64,000 nucleotides of DNA from Alphaproteobacteria bacterium (GTDB taxonomy: Bacteria; Pseudomonadota; Alphaproteobacteria; Micavibrionales; Micavibrionaceae), in contig JAJFGS010000001.1 of the NCBI GenBank assembly GCA_021775995.1, forward strand, positions 10,195-74,194, written 5' to 3'. Below, piece after piece: positions 41,113-51,496 of the stretch. Numbering within the stretch: the stretch's first letter is position 1; every line of letters begins with the position of its first letter. The position numbers and the translations under genes are program-made. The notes beneath the pieces were generated by a model. It ran no database searches. It was given only the letters and a program-made list of their open reading frames with translations, and was not told the DNA's origin.

Positions 41113-44100
41113 ATGACCCAACATAATCACACCAATAAAATTGCTCATATATTAGGTGGCGCAAGTAAAAAGCTTTTGGCAACGACAGCGATGACGGCAG
41201 TTGGCCTTCTTGCCATGTCAGGAAATGCGAAAGCTGATAACTGGGTTGATTTGTCAACAACGTCTGGAAGTACGACGACAGATCTTAGTCAAGCGAATAC
41301 AACTAATCTTGGTATAAATTCAGGCAGAGCGGTTGTTGAAGGTGATTTGGATATTAATGCAAATTGGACAGTTAATGTTGGTAAAGGTGATTTGGTTGCT
41401 ATCGATCGTGAAAATGATCCGACATTTATTTATGGGCGTTTAAATTGTGCGGGTTCTTGTCATGTTTTAGATAACAATGGTGTTTTCGTTGGTGAAGGTG
41501 GATCTGTTGATGCTGTTGGTATTGCAACATTGTCCGATGGTGAACTGATGGATACAACGCGTTTTATGGAGACTGGCGATGTGACGCTAGGCAACTTTTC
41601 TAACGTAAGTACTGGTGTTACAAATAAAGGTACAATTACTGCTGGTTTTGTAGGCTTAGTTTCTCCTGTCATCAATAATGACGGTCTTATTAGTGCCAAA
41701 ATGGGTAAAGTCGTTATGGCGGCTGGTGAAGTTGTTACGCTTGATATGTACGGTGATGGTCTTGTTGAAGTTGCCGTTGATGGAGAGTTGGCCGATGGTT
41801 TAATCCAAAACACTGGTAGAATTGAAGCAGAAGGCGGTGAAGTTCTTATCACTGCTTCCGTTGCTAAACAGGCTGTTGAGAATGTCATTAATATGGGTGG
41901 TGTTGTTGATGTTTCTTCGGCCACTGTTAAAGGTGGAAAAATTATTCTTTCTGGTGGTTCAAAAGGTAAAGTTACTGTTGCTGGGAAGTTGAAAGCTTCT
42001 GGTACAAAGGGTGGTAACGTCGACGTAACTGGTCAAATTGTTGACATCGCTGACACAGCAGAAATTACGGCTGATGGTGATAACGAAGGTGGTAGAGTTT
42101 ATGCTTACGGTACAGACAAAGCTATTTTCCGTGGAAGCATTTCTGCACGTGACTTAGCCGATGGCGGAAACGGTGGATTTATAGAGGTTTCTGGTGAAGA
42201 TCTTAAATTGGCTGGTACGGCACTTGTTGGGCAAGGCGGTACAATTGTTTATGATCCGCACACACTTAACATTGATGCAGCAGCGGCAGCATCGCTTGTT
42301 GTATCTCTGGGTGGTGGTGGAACAATTATTGCTCAGGCACGTAACACAATTAATGTGAATGCTGCGATCGATTCTTCCGCACAGGCCAACGTGGCAACAT
42401 TGCGTTTGAAAGATCAAAACAGTAATGGATTTTTGCGTGTTAATTTGAATGATACAATTGTACTCGGTGCTAGTCAGAATTTAATCGGGGACGGAACAGA
42501 AGTTAATGTTGCGAGCACTGGTTTAATTCAAAACGGTGTTGATGTTTCAGCTTCTGGTGCAACTGTGAACGTTGCTGATGGTACTTATAATGAGTATATT
42601 CTTGTTGATAAAGCGCTTACGCTTTTAGGTGCGAACGCTGGTGTTGATCCGAATGCTGGTCCACGTGGTCCGGAGAGTACAGTTTTTGCTGCTCCTGGTC
42701 CATTCGGTACAGCTTACGGCTTTAAAGTCACATCAAGCGACGTCACTATTGATGGCTTCAATATTGATGCCGATGGTGCGGGCATTACGCTTGATGGCGG
42801 TGTCGGCGGCACAAGCAACCTGACGGTTAAAAATAACATTATTACAACCCAAAACATTGTTGACGCCGATGATGAAGGTGTTCAGGGCGACAATGTTGAC
42901 AATGTTGTGGTCATGAACAACCAGCTCAACACAATTGGTAACTCAGCCATTAGATTTGGTGGTTCTTCCAATGTTGATGTCCTGGGTAACGTCATCAACA
43001 ACCCAGATTCTGATGGCGTTGTATTCAATGACGTGACGGGCGGTCAGATTGACGGCAACACAATCAATGATACCAATGTTGGTATCAGAGTTACGGACTC
43101 TGAAGATATTCTTGTCGGTAACAAAGACGGCGACAATGATAATGGTAACACTGTTGACGGTGCGGCAACTGGTGTTGAGGTTAACGGCGGCGATGACATT
43201 GAAGTGGTTGATAATACGATCACTGATGTTGATAACGGTGTTGTAGCAAATTCTTCCGAAAACATTCAGATTGCTGAAAACTCAATTACTGGTTCAAGTT
43301 CTATCGGTATTGATGTTGATGATTCTGAAAGTGCAGATATTGACAACAATATTGTGACGCATTTCACAACTGGTATCCAGGTGACAGATTCTGATTTGGC
43401 TGACATTGAAGGCAACACTGTGACTGACATTACAGCCAACGGTATTGAAGCTGATGGTTCTCTTGGTGTTGACATCAAAGACAATAATATTGGTAACGCT
43501 GCCGTTGCAGGTGACATTGGTGGCGATGCTGTCCATGTGACAAATAGTGTGGCTGCAGACGTTCGTGGTAACACAATCCGCAATGCTGATGGTGACGGTA
43601 TTGAACTGATTTCTTCAGATTCCGCAACTGTTGGTGGTCTGGGTGTTGGTGATGCCAATAATATTGCCAACGTTCTTGGTCATGGTATCGCATCATTCTT
43701 CGGTACATCACCTGATATTATCGGTAACATTGTTAGCCGTATTGGCATGAATGGTATTCACCTTCAAGATGGTACCGACGCGCAGGTTCGTTCTAATACT
43801 GTTAGCAATACAGTTGGTGATGGTATCGAATCCAACAACAACTTTAATATCCAGATTACTGATAACATGATTGGTACTGGTAGCTTTGCGAATAATATTC
43901 GTGGGCAAGGTGTAGACGTAAACGGTTCAGATAATGCTGACATTCTGCGCAATACTGTTACTGAAACTGTTGGTATTGGTGTTTCTGTTAACCCAAGCGA
44001 TGATGTTGTGATTGATGACAACACAATTAGCAATACAGACCAACATGGTATTCATGTTCAGGGCGGTAATGATATCCAGATTACGAATAACAATTTGACC

Positions 44101-47100
44101 AACACAGGCGCGTTTGGTTGGAGTGGTATTGTTACTAATGGCTCTACGCTAGTTCGGATTTTGTCCAACGTTATTAATGGAACTGGCTGGGACGGTATTC
44201 AAGTTGCTAATGGTTCAGACATTGAAGTTAGAGATAACGATCTTGATAACATCACAATCTCTGGTATTGCTGCACTTACAGTTGATGATGTTCTGGTTGA
44301 CAACAACACAGTGGATGTAGCTCAACGTGGTATCTACACGGGCAATGCAACAAACACAACATTGAATAACAACAATATTGATACAACATCCAATGATGGT
44401 ATCGAAGCGAATAACAGTGCCAACATCCAAATTACAAATAACAAAGTGGGTACAGATGCTGGTGCTTTAAATATTGGTGCAGAAGGTATTGATGTAAATA
44501 ATTCACCAAGTGCTGATATTTTGGGCAATATGGTCAACAATACCGGACATAACGGTATTTCTGTTAACCCAAGTCCGGGCAGTATTATTAATGGTAACAC
44601 TATTAATAATGCCGGTTGGGATGGTGTGAACGTTTCTGGTTCTGACAATGTTCAGGTCATTAACAATATAATCACCAATACGTTGGGAGCATCTGGTGTT
44701 GCCATCATTAATTCTGCAGATGCGTTGGTTGATAACAATGATATCGATCGTTCAGCCCGTCTTGGCGTTTATGTCGGTAATGGCGATCGCGTTAATATTA
44801 ACAATAACCGCATCACAAATTCTGGCCTTGAAACCGGTCTGGATTGGAGCGGTATTCAGATTGAAGTTTCAGATGCGGGTAGAGTGACAGATAATGTTGT
44901 TAGATATGCAACACTGGACGGCATCAATCTTGGCGGGCCTATTAATACTGTGAACGGTGGTAACACGGGTCTGTTTGTTGTTGATAACAACAGAGTCGAT
45001 AACACAGGTCGCGATGGTGCCCATGTGGTTTCTACTGACAATGCTCAGGTAACGAACAACCGTATCGGTACAGTCGGCGGTGCGAATAATATTGGTGATG
45101 ATGGTGTTCACATTAATGGCTCTAACGGTGCTTTGGTTAATCTCAATACGATTGTCAATACAGTTGGCGCTGGTGTTCACGTTAACCCATCAAGTGGTGT
45201 AACGGTTAGTAACACCACGATTGATAATACTGGTAGTCACGGTATCTTTGTTGAAGATAGTGAAAATACGAACATATTGACCAATTTAATCGGAACCAAT
45301 GGTGGTGCTGAAAACATTAATGGCGACGGTGTTCTACTGGATAATTCTGATGGTAGTAACATTAAAGGCAACACAATCACAGAAACCAAATCTCCAGCCA
45401 ATGGCTTCGGAAGTGGTATCCAGGTTGTTGATAGTGATGATGTAACAGTTGGTGGAGATGGTGCTGATAAAAACTTCATTAAAGGTGTTGATTGGGATGG
45501 TATTCGCGTTGTTAATGCCGATAACATCAATATCCGCAAAAACGAAATTACAAATGTTGAGCGTACAGGTATCTTTGGTAAGGATCTGACAAACAGCAGA
45601 ATAGTACGCAACATTATAGATGGTGCGAAGAAATTCCACGGTATTCACTTGAAGAATGGCGACAATGTTCTTGTTCACCGTAATAAAATTGATGATGTTA
45701 AGAAAAATGGTATTCTTACTGATGGCACTGCCAATCTGACAGTCAGCAAAAATAATGTAGATACGACAGGTATTGACGGTATTCACATTAAAGCTAGCCA
45801 TGGTGCTCAAGTTACTGAAAATAAAGTAGGTACGGATGCTGGGCCAGCCAACATTGGTGAAGACGGTATTCACATTAACGGTTCTAACGGTGCTAATGTT
45901 GCTGGTAACACTGTGAACAACACTGTTGCTAACGGTATCCTTGTAAACCCAAGTGATAATGTTCAGGTTCATGACAACATCATTGCTGATGTTGCTGAAA
46001 ACGGTGTTAAAATTCTTGGTGGAACGGGTCACGATGTCCGTCGCAATAATATCCGCCGCGCTGGAAATGACGGTATTACCATCAGAGATCATGAGGGTGA
46101 TAAATTCGGTTCTGCTTGGATTGCTTATAATGATATCAAATGGACTGGTGATGACGGTATCCACGTTGAAAACGGTAACTTTGTTTCTATCTATGATAAC
46201 TACATTGATCTATCTGGTTTCTTACCAAATCCGGGTCCTTTCCCAGCGAATGTTGAAGTTGGTAAAGATGCTAACGGTATTTATGCAGAAAATATTGGTG
46301 GCGGTGATTTACCACCTCTTGCTGAAGAGTCTGAAGGTTTTGGTCACAGCTACTATGGTGCCGCTGTTGAGATCCACGGCAATGATATTGCCAATGTTGA
46401 AGATGATGGTGTTCAGGTTAAAGACAGCGACTCTACCTATATCGGACGCAACATTATAGGTCACGTTGGCGATGATGGTGTCGATGTTGATGATGTTGAT
46501 TACACTAAAGTTGCACACAATGCTGTTACATTGGCTGGCGATAAAGGAATTACCATTGATGGTGGTCACTATGCAGGTGTCTTTGATAACCGCGTTCTTT
46601 TGACTGGTAGTGATGGTATTCAAGTTGAGAATGTTCGTTACGACCATGAGACAGACATTGCTGCGTTTGGTGATGAAGAATATGGTCATGGTTGGGCTGT
46701 GAATGTCTCTGGTAACGACGTCGCTTTGACTGGTGATGATGGTATCGAAGTTCGTAATAGTGATGCAACGAAAGTTCAGAAAAACAATGTCTTTATGGCA
46801 GGTTTAGGTGAAGGTTTTGGTGGAATTGTTGACACAATCAACAGTTTTGCAAGTGAAACGTTTAATCCAGCTCTTGCTTTCGCAGCAGCGCCAAAAGTTG
46901 TTCCTGAAGAGTATTACAACGGCTTTGAATGGGAATGGGGCAATGGTCATGGTATTAATGTCCATGGTATTGACGGTGCTTACTACAGCCCGAATGGCTG
47001 GGCGGCTGATATTCGCGGTAATAACGTGAAATACACAGGTGGTCACGGTATTCGCGCTGAAGACAATGATCGTACACGCATTAATAATAACACTGTGAAA

Positions 47101-50100
47101 TATGCTGGTATTGATTATACAGCCTTCCACGGCGCGCATAACATGCTTGAAATGCTGAATAGCGGACCTTTCAAAAGCGAAGGTCGTCGTGATCTATGGA
47201 TGTCTACAGACGAAAGCCTTGTTTCTGTGATGGAAGGTTACTTCGGACAAGAGTCTGAAGAAGAGCCTGATGAAGAAAAACCATACATCTCTATCAGCCA
47301 TGTTGGGTTTGATAACCATGATGGTATCCATGCTGGAAACATCTTCAATCAATTCCTCGACGGTGAGAGTGGGGCAAATTATCTCTTCGCACTAAAAATC
47401 AAAGGCAATGATGTTCGCATCACTGGCGATGATGGTATCGAAGTACATGACTCTGGTCGTACCCTAATCGCAGAAAATACAATTCGTGATGCCGGTTATG
47501 GCGGTGGTGAAGAATATGGCTCTGGTGGTTATGACGGTGCCGATGGTATCCGTGTGACTAACGTGATTGCCCCAGTAGGTGATGTTATCGTAAGAGCTTC
47601 TGGTCTTGAAGAAGAGCCTGCTCCTGAAGAAGAAGGTTACAATTACGAGCCTAATGAAAACTATGCACTTATCATTCGTAATAATGATATTGAACGCACA
47701 GCCGACGATGGTATTGAAGTTGTCGGTGGAAACAACATTCTTGCTTCAAAAGTTCTAGAAACAGGTCCTCAAGACGAAGACACTAAAAAAGTGCCGCACT
47801 ATTACGGCATCACAGACCGTGTTTTGATTGCTGAAAATACTGTTTCAGAAACAGGTTATTTTGATAATGACTTTGATGTTCCAGAGCCAGGACTTAAACA
47901 TGGTTACGAAAATGTAGGCCCAGATGGTTACGGTCATGATGGTATTCATGTTCGCAACATCAATGGTGCAAACTTCTATGGTGACGTACTTAATGTAGCT
48001 GCTTCTGGTTATGCTGGTGGTGGTGATGGTGCACGTTTCACTGGTTACGCTGTTGATGTTTTAAACAATGACGTTCGTAAAACTGGTGATGATGGTATCG
48101 AAGTCTTCAATTCAGACTCAACATTGATCTTGGGTAATACAGTTCGTCAATCTGGTGTTTATTGGAACCGTAAAGGTCGTCCAAACACTGATGGTGCCGA
48201 TTACTATGGCGCGGATGGTATCCATGTTCGTAATGTTGGCGGCAATAATATCGCTCAGATGCAAACATTGTTTGCAGGTGAAGGCGAATACAGCGGCGAT
48301 GGGTTTGAACCTTACTCTGTAGCCATCGTTGATAATGACGTTCGTAAAACGGCTGATGATGGTATTGAAGTTGTTGGTGAAAACAATGACCAAGATGATT
48401 GGAATGACGACTGGGATGAAATCGAAACAGTTCTCACCATTTCAGATGATTGGGATGAAGATGCTTACCAATATAATGGTACAGGTCGTACGTTAATTCT
48501 GGCGAACACAACACGTGATAATGGCGTGTCTGGATATTACGGGCACTCAGAAAGCAATTCTTATGACTCTAGAACAGGTAGTTCCTATAGCCATGAACGT
48601 TACGGTAATCGTGGATCTTATGACGGTTACGGCGGTGATGGCATCCATGTTCGTGGTGTAGGTTCTAACAACAACCCTAACCCATGGATTGGTGATACGA
48701 TCACAGCGGGATCTGCTGGTGATGCTGGTGGTCCAGTTTATGGTCGTGGTGATTACGTTGTGAAGATCATTGGTAACAATGGACGCCGCACAGGTGATGA
48801 CGGTATCGAAGTTATCGGTACTGCTTTTGATGATCGTAACTTAAACATTAACGCATTAGATGGTGGTTGGTATCCTTCAGAAGGTGGTGATTACCGCGTT
48901 CTGATCGAAGGAAACTTCGTGAAGAAAGCTGGCCTGTCTGGCGGATCGTACCATTCTGATTACCATGATTATGCTGGTTATGACGAAGGTGGTTATTTCT
49001 GGGGTCACAGCAATAACTATGGATATGATTATCACGGCAATGCAGGTGATGATGGCTATGGTGCAGATGGTATCCATGTCCGTAATGTTGGTGCTGGTTA
49101 CAATGACAGTCCTTGGACGATGGCTGGCTTAGCTGGTTCTGGTGATGAAGGTGGTTCCTATGTTGGTTACGCCGTTGATATTATTGGTAATACTGTTCGT
49201 AAAACAGGTGATGATGGTATTGAAGTTCGTAACTCCGATTCAACATTCATTGCACACAATGACGTGAAGAATGCTGGAAAACTAAGCAGAAGCCGCTATT
49301 CTTATCACTATGAGAACAGTGGTGATAACGAAGGTTCCTATGACAACCATAGTTCTGAAAGCGAAACATGGAGAGGTGGCTCTAGCGATGAAGGTAACTA
49401 CACTGGTGGTGACGGAATCCATGTTGAAAATGTTGGAACCAATGGTTTTGTGCAATCACCAGGTTTTGCTGGTGGTGTTGATACTGGTAATGGTTTCGAG
49501 GAATATGCTGTTGTTATCTATGATAACACCGTAGACAAATCTTCTGATGATGGTATTGAAGTTCTTGACTCTGGCCGTACACGCATCGAAATGAATGACG
49601 TTTCTAACTCTGGTTTGGCTAGATTTAGTGGTTACGAAGAGTATAGCGAATCATCAGCTTATGATGATTATGGTTACATGAATACTGGAAGTAACGGCCG
49701 TTCTAGTCGTGGTGCAGGTGCGCACGATGGTCGCGGGTCTGATGGTATCCATGTCGGCGGTGTTGATATTGATGAAAACCATGAATCTGATGGATGGGAA
49801 ACAGCGCAAATCTTAGATGATGGTCCATATGATGACTATGATCATGAGCGTCGTCGTATTGACAGTGTTGAAATTATTGGTAACACCGTTGATGAATCTG
49901 CTGATGATGGTATCCAAGTTGTAGATAGTGGTGACACTCTTATTAAAAAGAACACTGTTTCTAACTCTGGTACAGCGACATTTGAAGGCGATGAAGAAGG
50001 CGAAGGTGGTCCTGCTCCTGTTGCTGTTACGGATGACTACGATGATTACTACGAAGATTACGGTTATCGTCGTGAATATAGTGGTGTTGGTGAACTCGAC

Positions 50101-51417
50101 GCAACGGGCGGCGATGGCATCAATGTAAGCCGTGATCGTATTCGTCCTAGCAAAAAGAAACCTCCTAGAGGTGGTCGTCTTGCTTTAGCGAGTGAGTCTC
50201 TTGACGTCCAAAAATATGAAGATGAAGGTCGACCAGTAAGAGTTCGTATCATTAACAATGATGTAACTAATTCAGCAGACGATGGTGTTGAGGTTATTGG
50301 CTCTATGACGATGATGGACGGTTACGACTACGACTACGATCATGACTATAGACCAAGCAGAAGAGATATAACCAATGTTATTGTAAAACGTAATGAAATC
50401 GAAAATTCTGGTGATAATGGAATTGCTTTGATTACAGGTAATATCTTTGGACACGATGATGATAATGAGAAACCTGAAATATCTTTGATTTCTGGGTATG
50501 GATATGGCTCTGGTTCTCGTATGAACTCTAGAACTATTGATAATGAAGTTACAAATTCTGGTAACAATGGTCTGTTTGTTGGTGGTCCAAATCATAATCG
50601 CGTTATTGTGTCTGGTAACACATTCACTGATTTTGATATCGGTGCGCATTTTGAAAGTGGTAAGATCAACTTAACAGGTGATGGCAATAGATTTAATGGT
50701 GGTCGTGTCGGTATGCGTTTTGCGCCTGCTGAAATACATTCACACTATGATGTTAAAACTCTTGGCCCAGATCCAATGTATGCTCCTATGAAGCTTATCG
50801 ATGATACAATCGGGGCGCAAACATTTGACGGTCAAAGTCAGTTCTACGTCGAGTTGGATAACGGAGCATTCTTTAATCCGGGTACACCAACTCTCTTGAG
50901 AGAGAATGATAGTACTTTTGTAAACACACCGTTTGGTACATTTACGCCATCCGTTGACTATCCTGGCGGTTATCCTCCTGCTGTTCTGGCTTACTTGGAA
51001 AGCATGTTCTATCACTATAATGATGATGGATCATTGGGATTATTCTTCCTTGAGCCTGGTGGAGACATTGCTCAAGAAAGAATTTTCAATGAGTTTGATC
51101 CATTTGATGGTGGATTGGGTGGATTGAATGTCACTATTCTTGGCTTACCTACTGTTCCAGGAGGACCTGCGCCAACACCAACGGGTGGGCCACTAACGCC
51201 AGCACAGCTTAACAATATTCAAACAGCGGCTGGTGGTGAAACTGATCCAGAGGCTCTGAATGCGATTGAAACAGCGGCTGGTAGTGGTGAAGAAACAAGT
51301 TGTTGGAATGATGCACTAAACGGTGCAGGTGCTGGTCAGACAACAACGCTAAACTATGATGGAAGTGCAGAAGGTCTTCTAAATGGTGAAGTTGGTTGTG
51401 CTGCACCAAGTATCTAA
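41113..51417 (+). CDS. giant TpsA-type exoprotein: N-terminal TPS secretion domain plus hundreds of parallel beta-helix (PbH1-type) turns
   Basis: The ORF is open from 41080, but GGAG lies 6 nt before the ATG at 41113. It has an extended signal peptide and a TPS-like segment, AVVEGDLDINANWTVNVGKGDLVAIDRENDPTFIYGRLNCAGSCHVLDNNGVFVGEGGSVDAVG. Repeated N-x-I/V-x-N/D-x-x-x-x-G-I/V turns then run throughout. Confidence 0.85.
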   Translation: MTQHNHTNKIAHILGGASKKLLATTAMTAVGLLAMSGNAKADNWVDLSTTSGSTTTDLSQANTTNLGINSGRAVVEGDLDINANWTVNVGKGDLVAIDRENDPTFIYGRLNCAGSCHVLDNNGVFVGEGGSVDAVGIATLSDGELMDTTRFMETGDVTLGNFSNVSTGVTNKGTITAGFVGLVSPVINNDGLISAKMGKVVMAAGEVVTLDMYGDGLVEVAVDGELADGLIQNTGRIEAEGGEVLITASVAKQAVENVINMGGVVDVSSATVKGGKIILSGGSKGKVTVAGKLKASGTKGGNVDVTGQIVDIADTAEITADGDNEGGRVYAYGTDKAIFRGSISARDLADGGNGGFIEVSGEDLKLAGTALVGQGGTIVYDPHTLNIDAAAAASLVVSLGGGGTIIAQARNTINVNAAIDSSAQANVATLRLKDQNSNGFLRVNLNDTIVLGASQNLIGDGTEVNVASTGLIQNGVDVSASGATVNVADGTYNEYILVDKALTLLGANAGVDPNAGPRGPESTVFAAPGPFGTAYGFKVTSSDVTIDGFNIDADGAGITLDGGVGGTSNLTVKNNIITTQNIVDADDEGVQGDNVDNVVVMNNQLNTIGNSAIRFGGSSNVDVLGNVINNPDSDGVVFNDVTGGQIDGNTINDTNVGIRVTDSEDILVGNKDGDNDNGNTVDGAATGVEVNGGDDIEVVDNTITDVDNGVVANSSENIQIAENSITGSSSIGIDVDDSESADIDNNIVTHFTTGIQVTDSDLADIEGNTVTDITANGIEADGSLGVDIKDNNIGNAAVAGDIGGDAVHVTNSVAADVRGNTIRNADGDGIELISSDSATVGGLGVGDANNIANVLGHGIASFFGTSPDIIGNIVSRIGMNGIHLQDGTDAQVRSNTVSNTVGDGIESNNNFNIQITDNMIGTGSFANNIRGQGVDVNGSDNADILRNTVTETVGIGVSVNPSDDVVIDDNTISNTDQHGIHVQGGNDIQITNNNLTNTGAFGWSGIVTNGSTLVRILSNVINGTGWDGIQVANGSDIEVRDNDLDNITISGIAALTVDDVLVDNNTVDVAQRGIYTGNATNTTLNNNNIDTTSNDGIEANNSANIQITNNKVGTDAGALNIGAEGIDVNNSPSADILGNMVNNTGHNGISVNPSPGSIINGNTINNAGWDGVNVSGSDNVQVINNIITNTLGASGVAIINSADALVDNNDIDRSARLGVYVGNGDRVNINNNRITNSGLETGLDWSGIQIEVSDAGRVTDNVVRYATLDGINLGGPINTVNGGNTGLFVVDNNRVDNTGRDGAHVVSTDNAQVTNNRIGTVGGANNIGDDGVHINGSNGALVNLNTIVNTVGAGVHVNPSSGVTVSNTTIDNTGSHGIFVEDSENTNILTNLIGTNGGAENINGDGVLLDNSDGSNIKGNTITETKSPANGFGSGIQVVDSDDVTVGGDGADKNFIKGVDWDGIRVVNADNINIRKNEITNVERTGIFGKDLTNSRIVRNIIDGAKKFHGIHLKNGDNVLVHRNKIDDVKKNGILTDGTANLTVSKNNVDTTGIDGIHIKASHGAQVTENKVGTDAGPANIGEDGIHINGSNGANVAGNTVNNTVANGILVNPSDNVQVHDNIIADVAENGVKILGGTGHDVRRNNIRRAGNDGITIRDHEGDKFGSAWIAYNDIKWTGDDGIHVENGNFVSIYDNYIDLSGFLPNPGPFPANVEVGKDANGIYAENIGGGDLPPLAEESEGFGHSYYGAAVEIHGNDIANVEDDGVQVKDSDSTYIGRNIIGHVGDDGVDVDDVDYTKVAHNAVTLAGDKGITIDGGHYAGVFDNRVLLTGSDGIQVENVRYDHETDIAAFGDEEYGHGWAVNVSGNDVALTGDDGIEVRNSDATKVQKNNVFMAGLGEGFGGIVDTINSFASETFNPALAFAAAPKVVPEEYYNGFEWEWGNGHGINVHGIDGAYYSPNGWAADIRGNNVKYTGGHGIRAEDNDRTRINNNTVKYAGIDYTAFHGAHNMLEMLNSGPFKSEGRRDLWMSTDESLVSVMEGYFGQESEEEPDEEKPYISISHVGFDNHDGIHAGNIFNQFLDGESGANYLFALKIKGNDVRITGDDGIEVHDSGRTLIAENTIRDAGYGGGEEYGSGGYDGADGIRVTNVIAPVGDVIVRASGLEEEPAPEEEGYNYEPNENYALIIRNNDIERTADDGIEVVGGNNILASKVLETGPQDEDTKKVPHYYGITDRVLIAENTVSETGYFDNDFDVPEPGLKHGYENVGPDGYGHDGIHVRNINGANFYGDVLNVAASGYAGGGDGARFTGYAVDVLNNDVRKTGDDGIEVFNSDSTLILGNTVRQSGVYWNRKGRPNTDGADYYGADGIHVRNVGGNNIAQMQTLFAGEGEYSGDGFEPYSVAIVDNDVRKTADDGIEVVGENNDQDDWNDDWDEIETVLTISDDWDEDAYQYNGTGRTLILANTTRDNGVSGYYGHSESNSYDSRTGSSYSHERYGNRGSYDGYGGDGIHVRGVGSNNNPNPWIGDTITAGSAGDAGGPVYGRGDYVVKIIGNNGRRTGDDGIEVIGTAFDDRNLNINALDGGWYPSEGGDYRVLIEGNFVKKAGLSGGSYHSDYHDYAGYDEGGYFWGHSNNYGYDYHGNAGDDGYGADGIHVRNVGAGYNDSPWTMAGLAGSGDEGGSYVGYAVDIIGNTVRKTGDDGIEVRNSDSTFIAHNDVKNAGKLSRSRYSYHYENSGDNEGSYDNHSSESETWRGGSSDEGNYTGGDGIHVENVGTNGFVQSPGFAGGVDTGNGFEEYAVVIYDNTVDKSSDDGIEVLDSGRTRIEMNDVSNSGLARFSGYEEYSESSAYDDYGYMNTGSNGRSSRGAGAHDGRGSDGIHVGGVDIDENHESDGWETAQILDDGPYDDYDHERRRIDSVEIIGNTVDESADDGIQVVDSGDTLIKKNTVSNSGTATFEGDEEGEGGPAPVAVTDDYDDYYEDYGYRREYSGVGELDATGGDGINVSRDRIRPSKKKPPRGGRLALASESLDVQKYEDEGRPVRVRIINNDVTNSADDGVEVIGSMTMMDGYDYDYDHDYRPSRRDITNVIVKRNEIENSGDNGIALITGNIFGHDDDNEKPEISLISGYGYGSGSRMNSRTIDNEVTNSGNNGLFVGGPNHNRVIVSGNTFTDFDIGAHFESGKINLTGDGNRFNGGRVGMRFAPAEIHSHYDVKTLGPDPMYAPMKLIDDTIGAQTFDGQSQFYVELDNGAFFNPGTPTLLRENDSTFVNTPFGTFTPSVDYPGGYPPAVLAYLESMFYHYNDDGSLGLFFLEPGGDIAQERIFNEFDPFDGGLGGLNVTILGLPTVPGGPAPTPTGGPLTPAQLNNIQTAAGGETDPEALNAIETAAGSGEETSCWNDALNGAGAGQTTTLNYDGSAEGLLNGEVGCAAPSI

Positions 51418-51443
51418 AATCTAGACGTTAGAATAATATAATT

Positions 51444-51477
51444 AAAATGCGCTTAAATTTATTAGGCGCATTTTTTT
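51444..51477. terminator. bidirectional intrinsic terminator between TpsA gene and leuA
   Basis: The sequence is AAAATGCGC-loop-GCGCATTTTTTT, between convergent stops. Confidence 0.5.
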
Positions 51478-51496
51478 ATGACTTAAAAATATTATT

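Noticed and set aside
46700-50320. A CRISPR-like or satellite repeat array
   Set aside because: The recurring 21-mers lie in frame inside one long ORF, have variable spacing and encode the GDDGIEV protein motif. They are coding repeats, not direct repeats with spacers.
41460-51409. Dozens of ORF-track entries on both strands inside the TpsA gene (for example 45334-46164 minus, 43266-43670 minus)
   Set aside because: All are nested in the 10-kb ORF. They arise from its repetitive GGT/GAT/AAT-rich codon usage and yield low-complexity translations without start signals.
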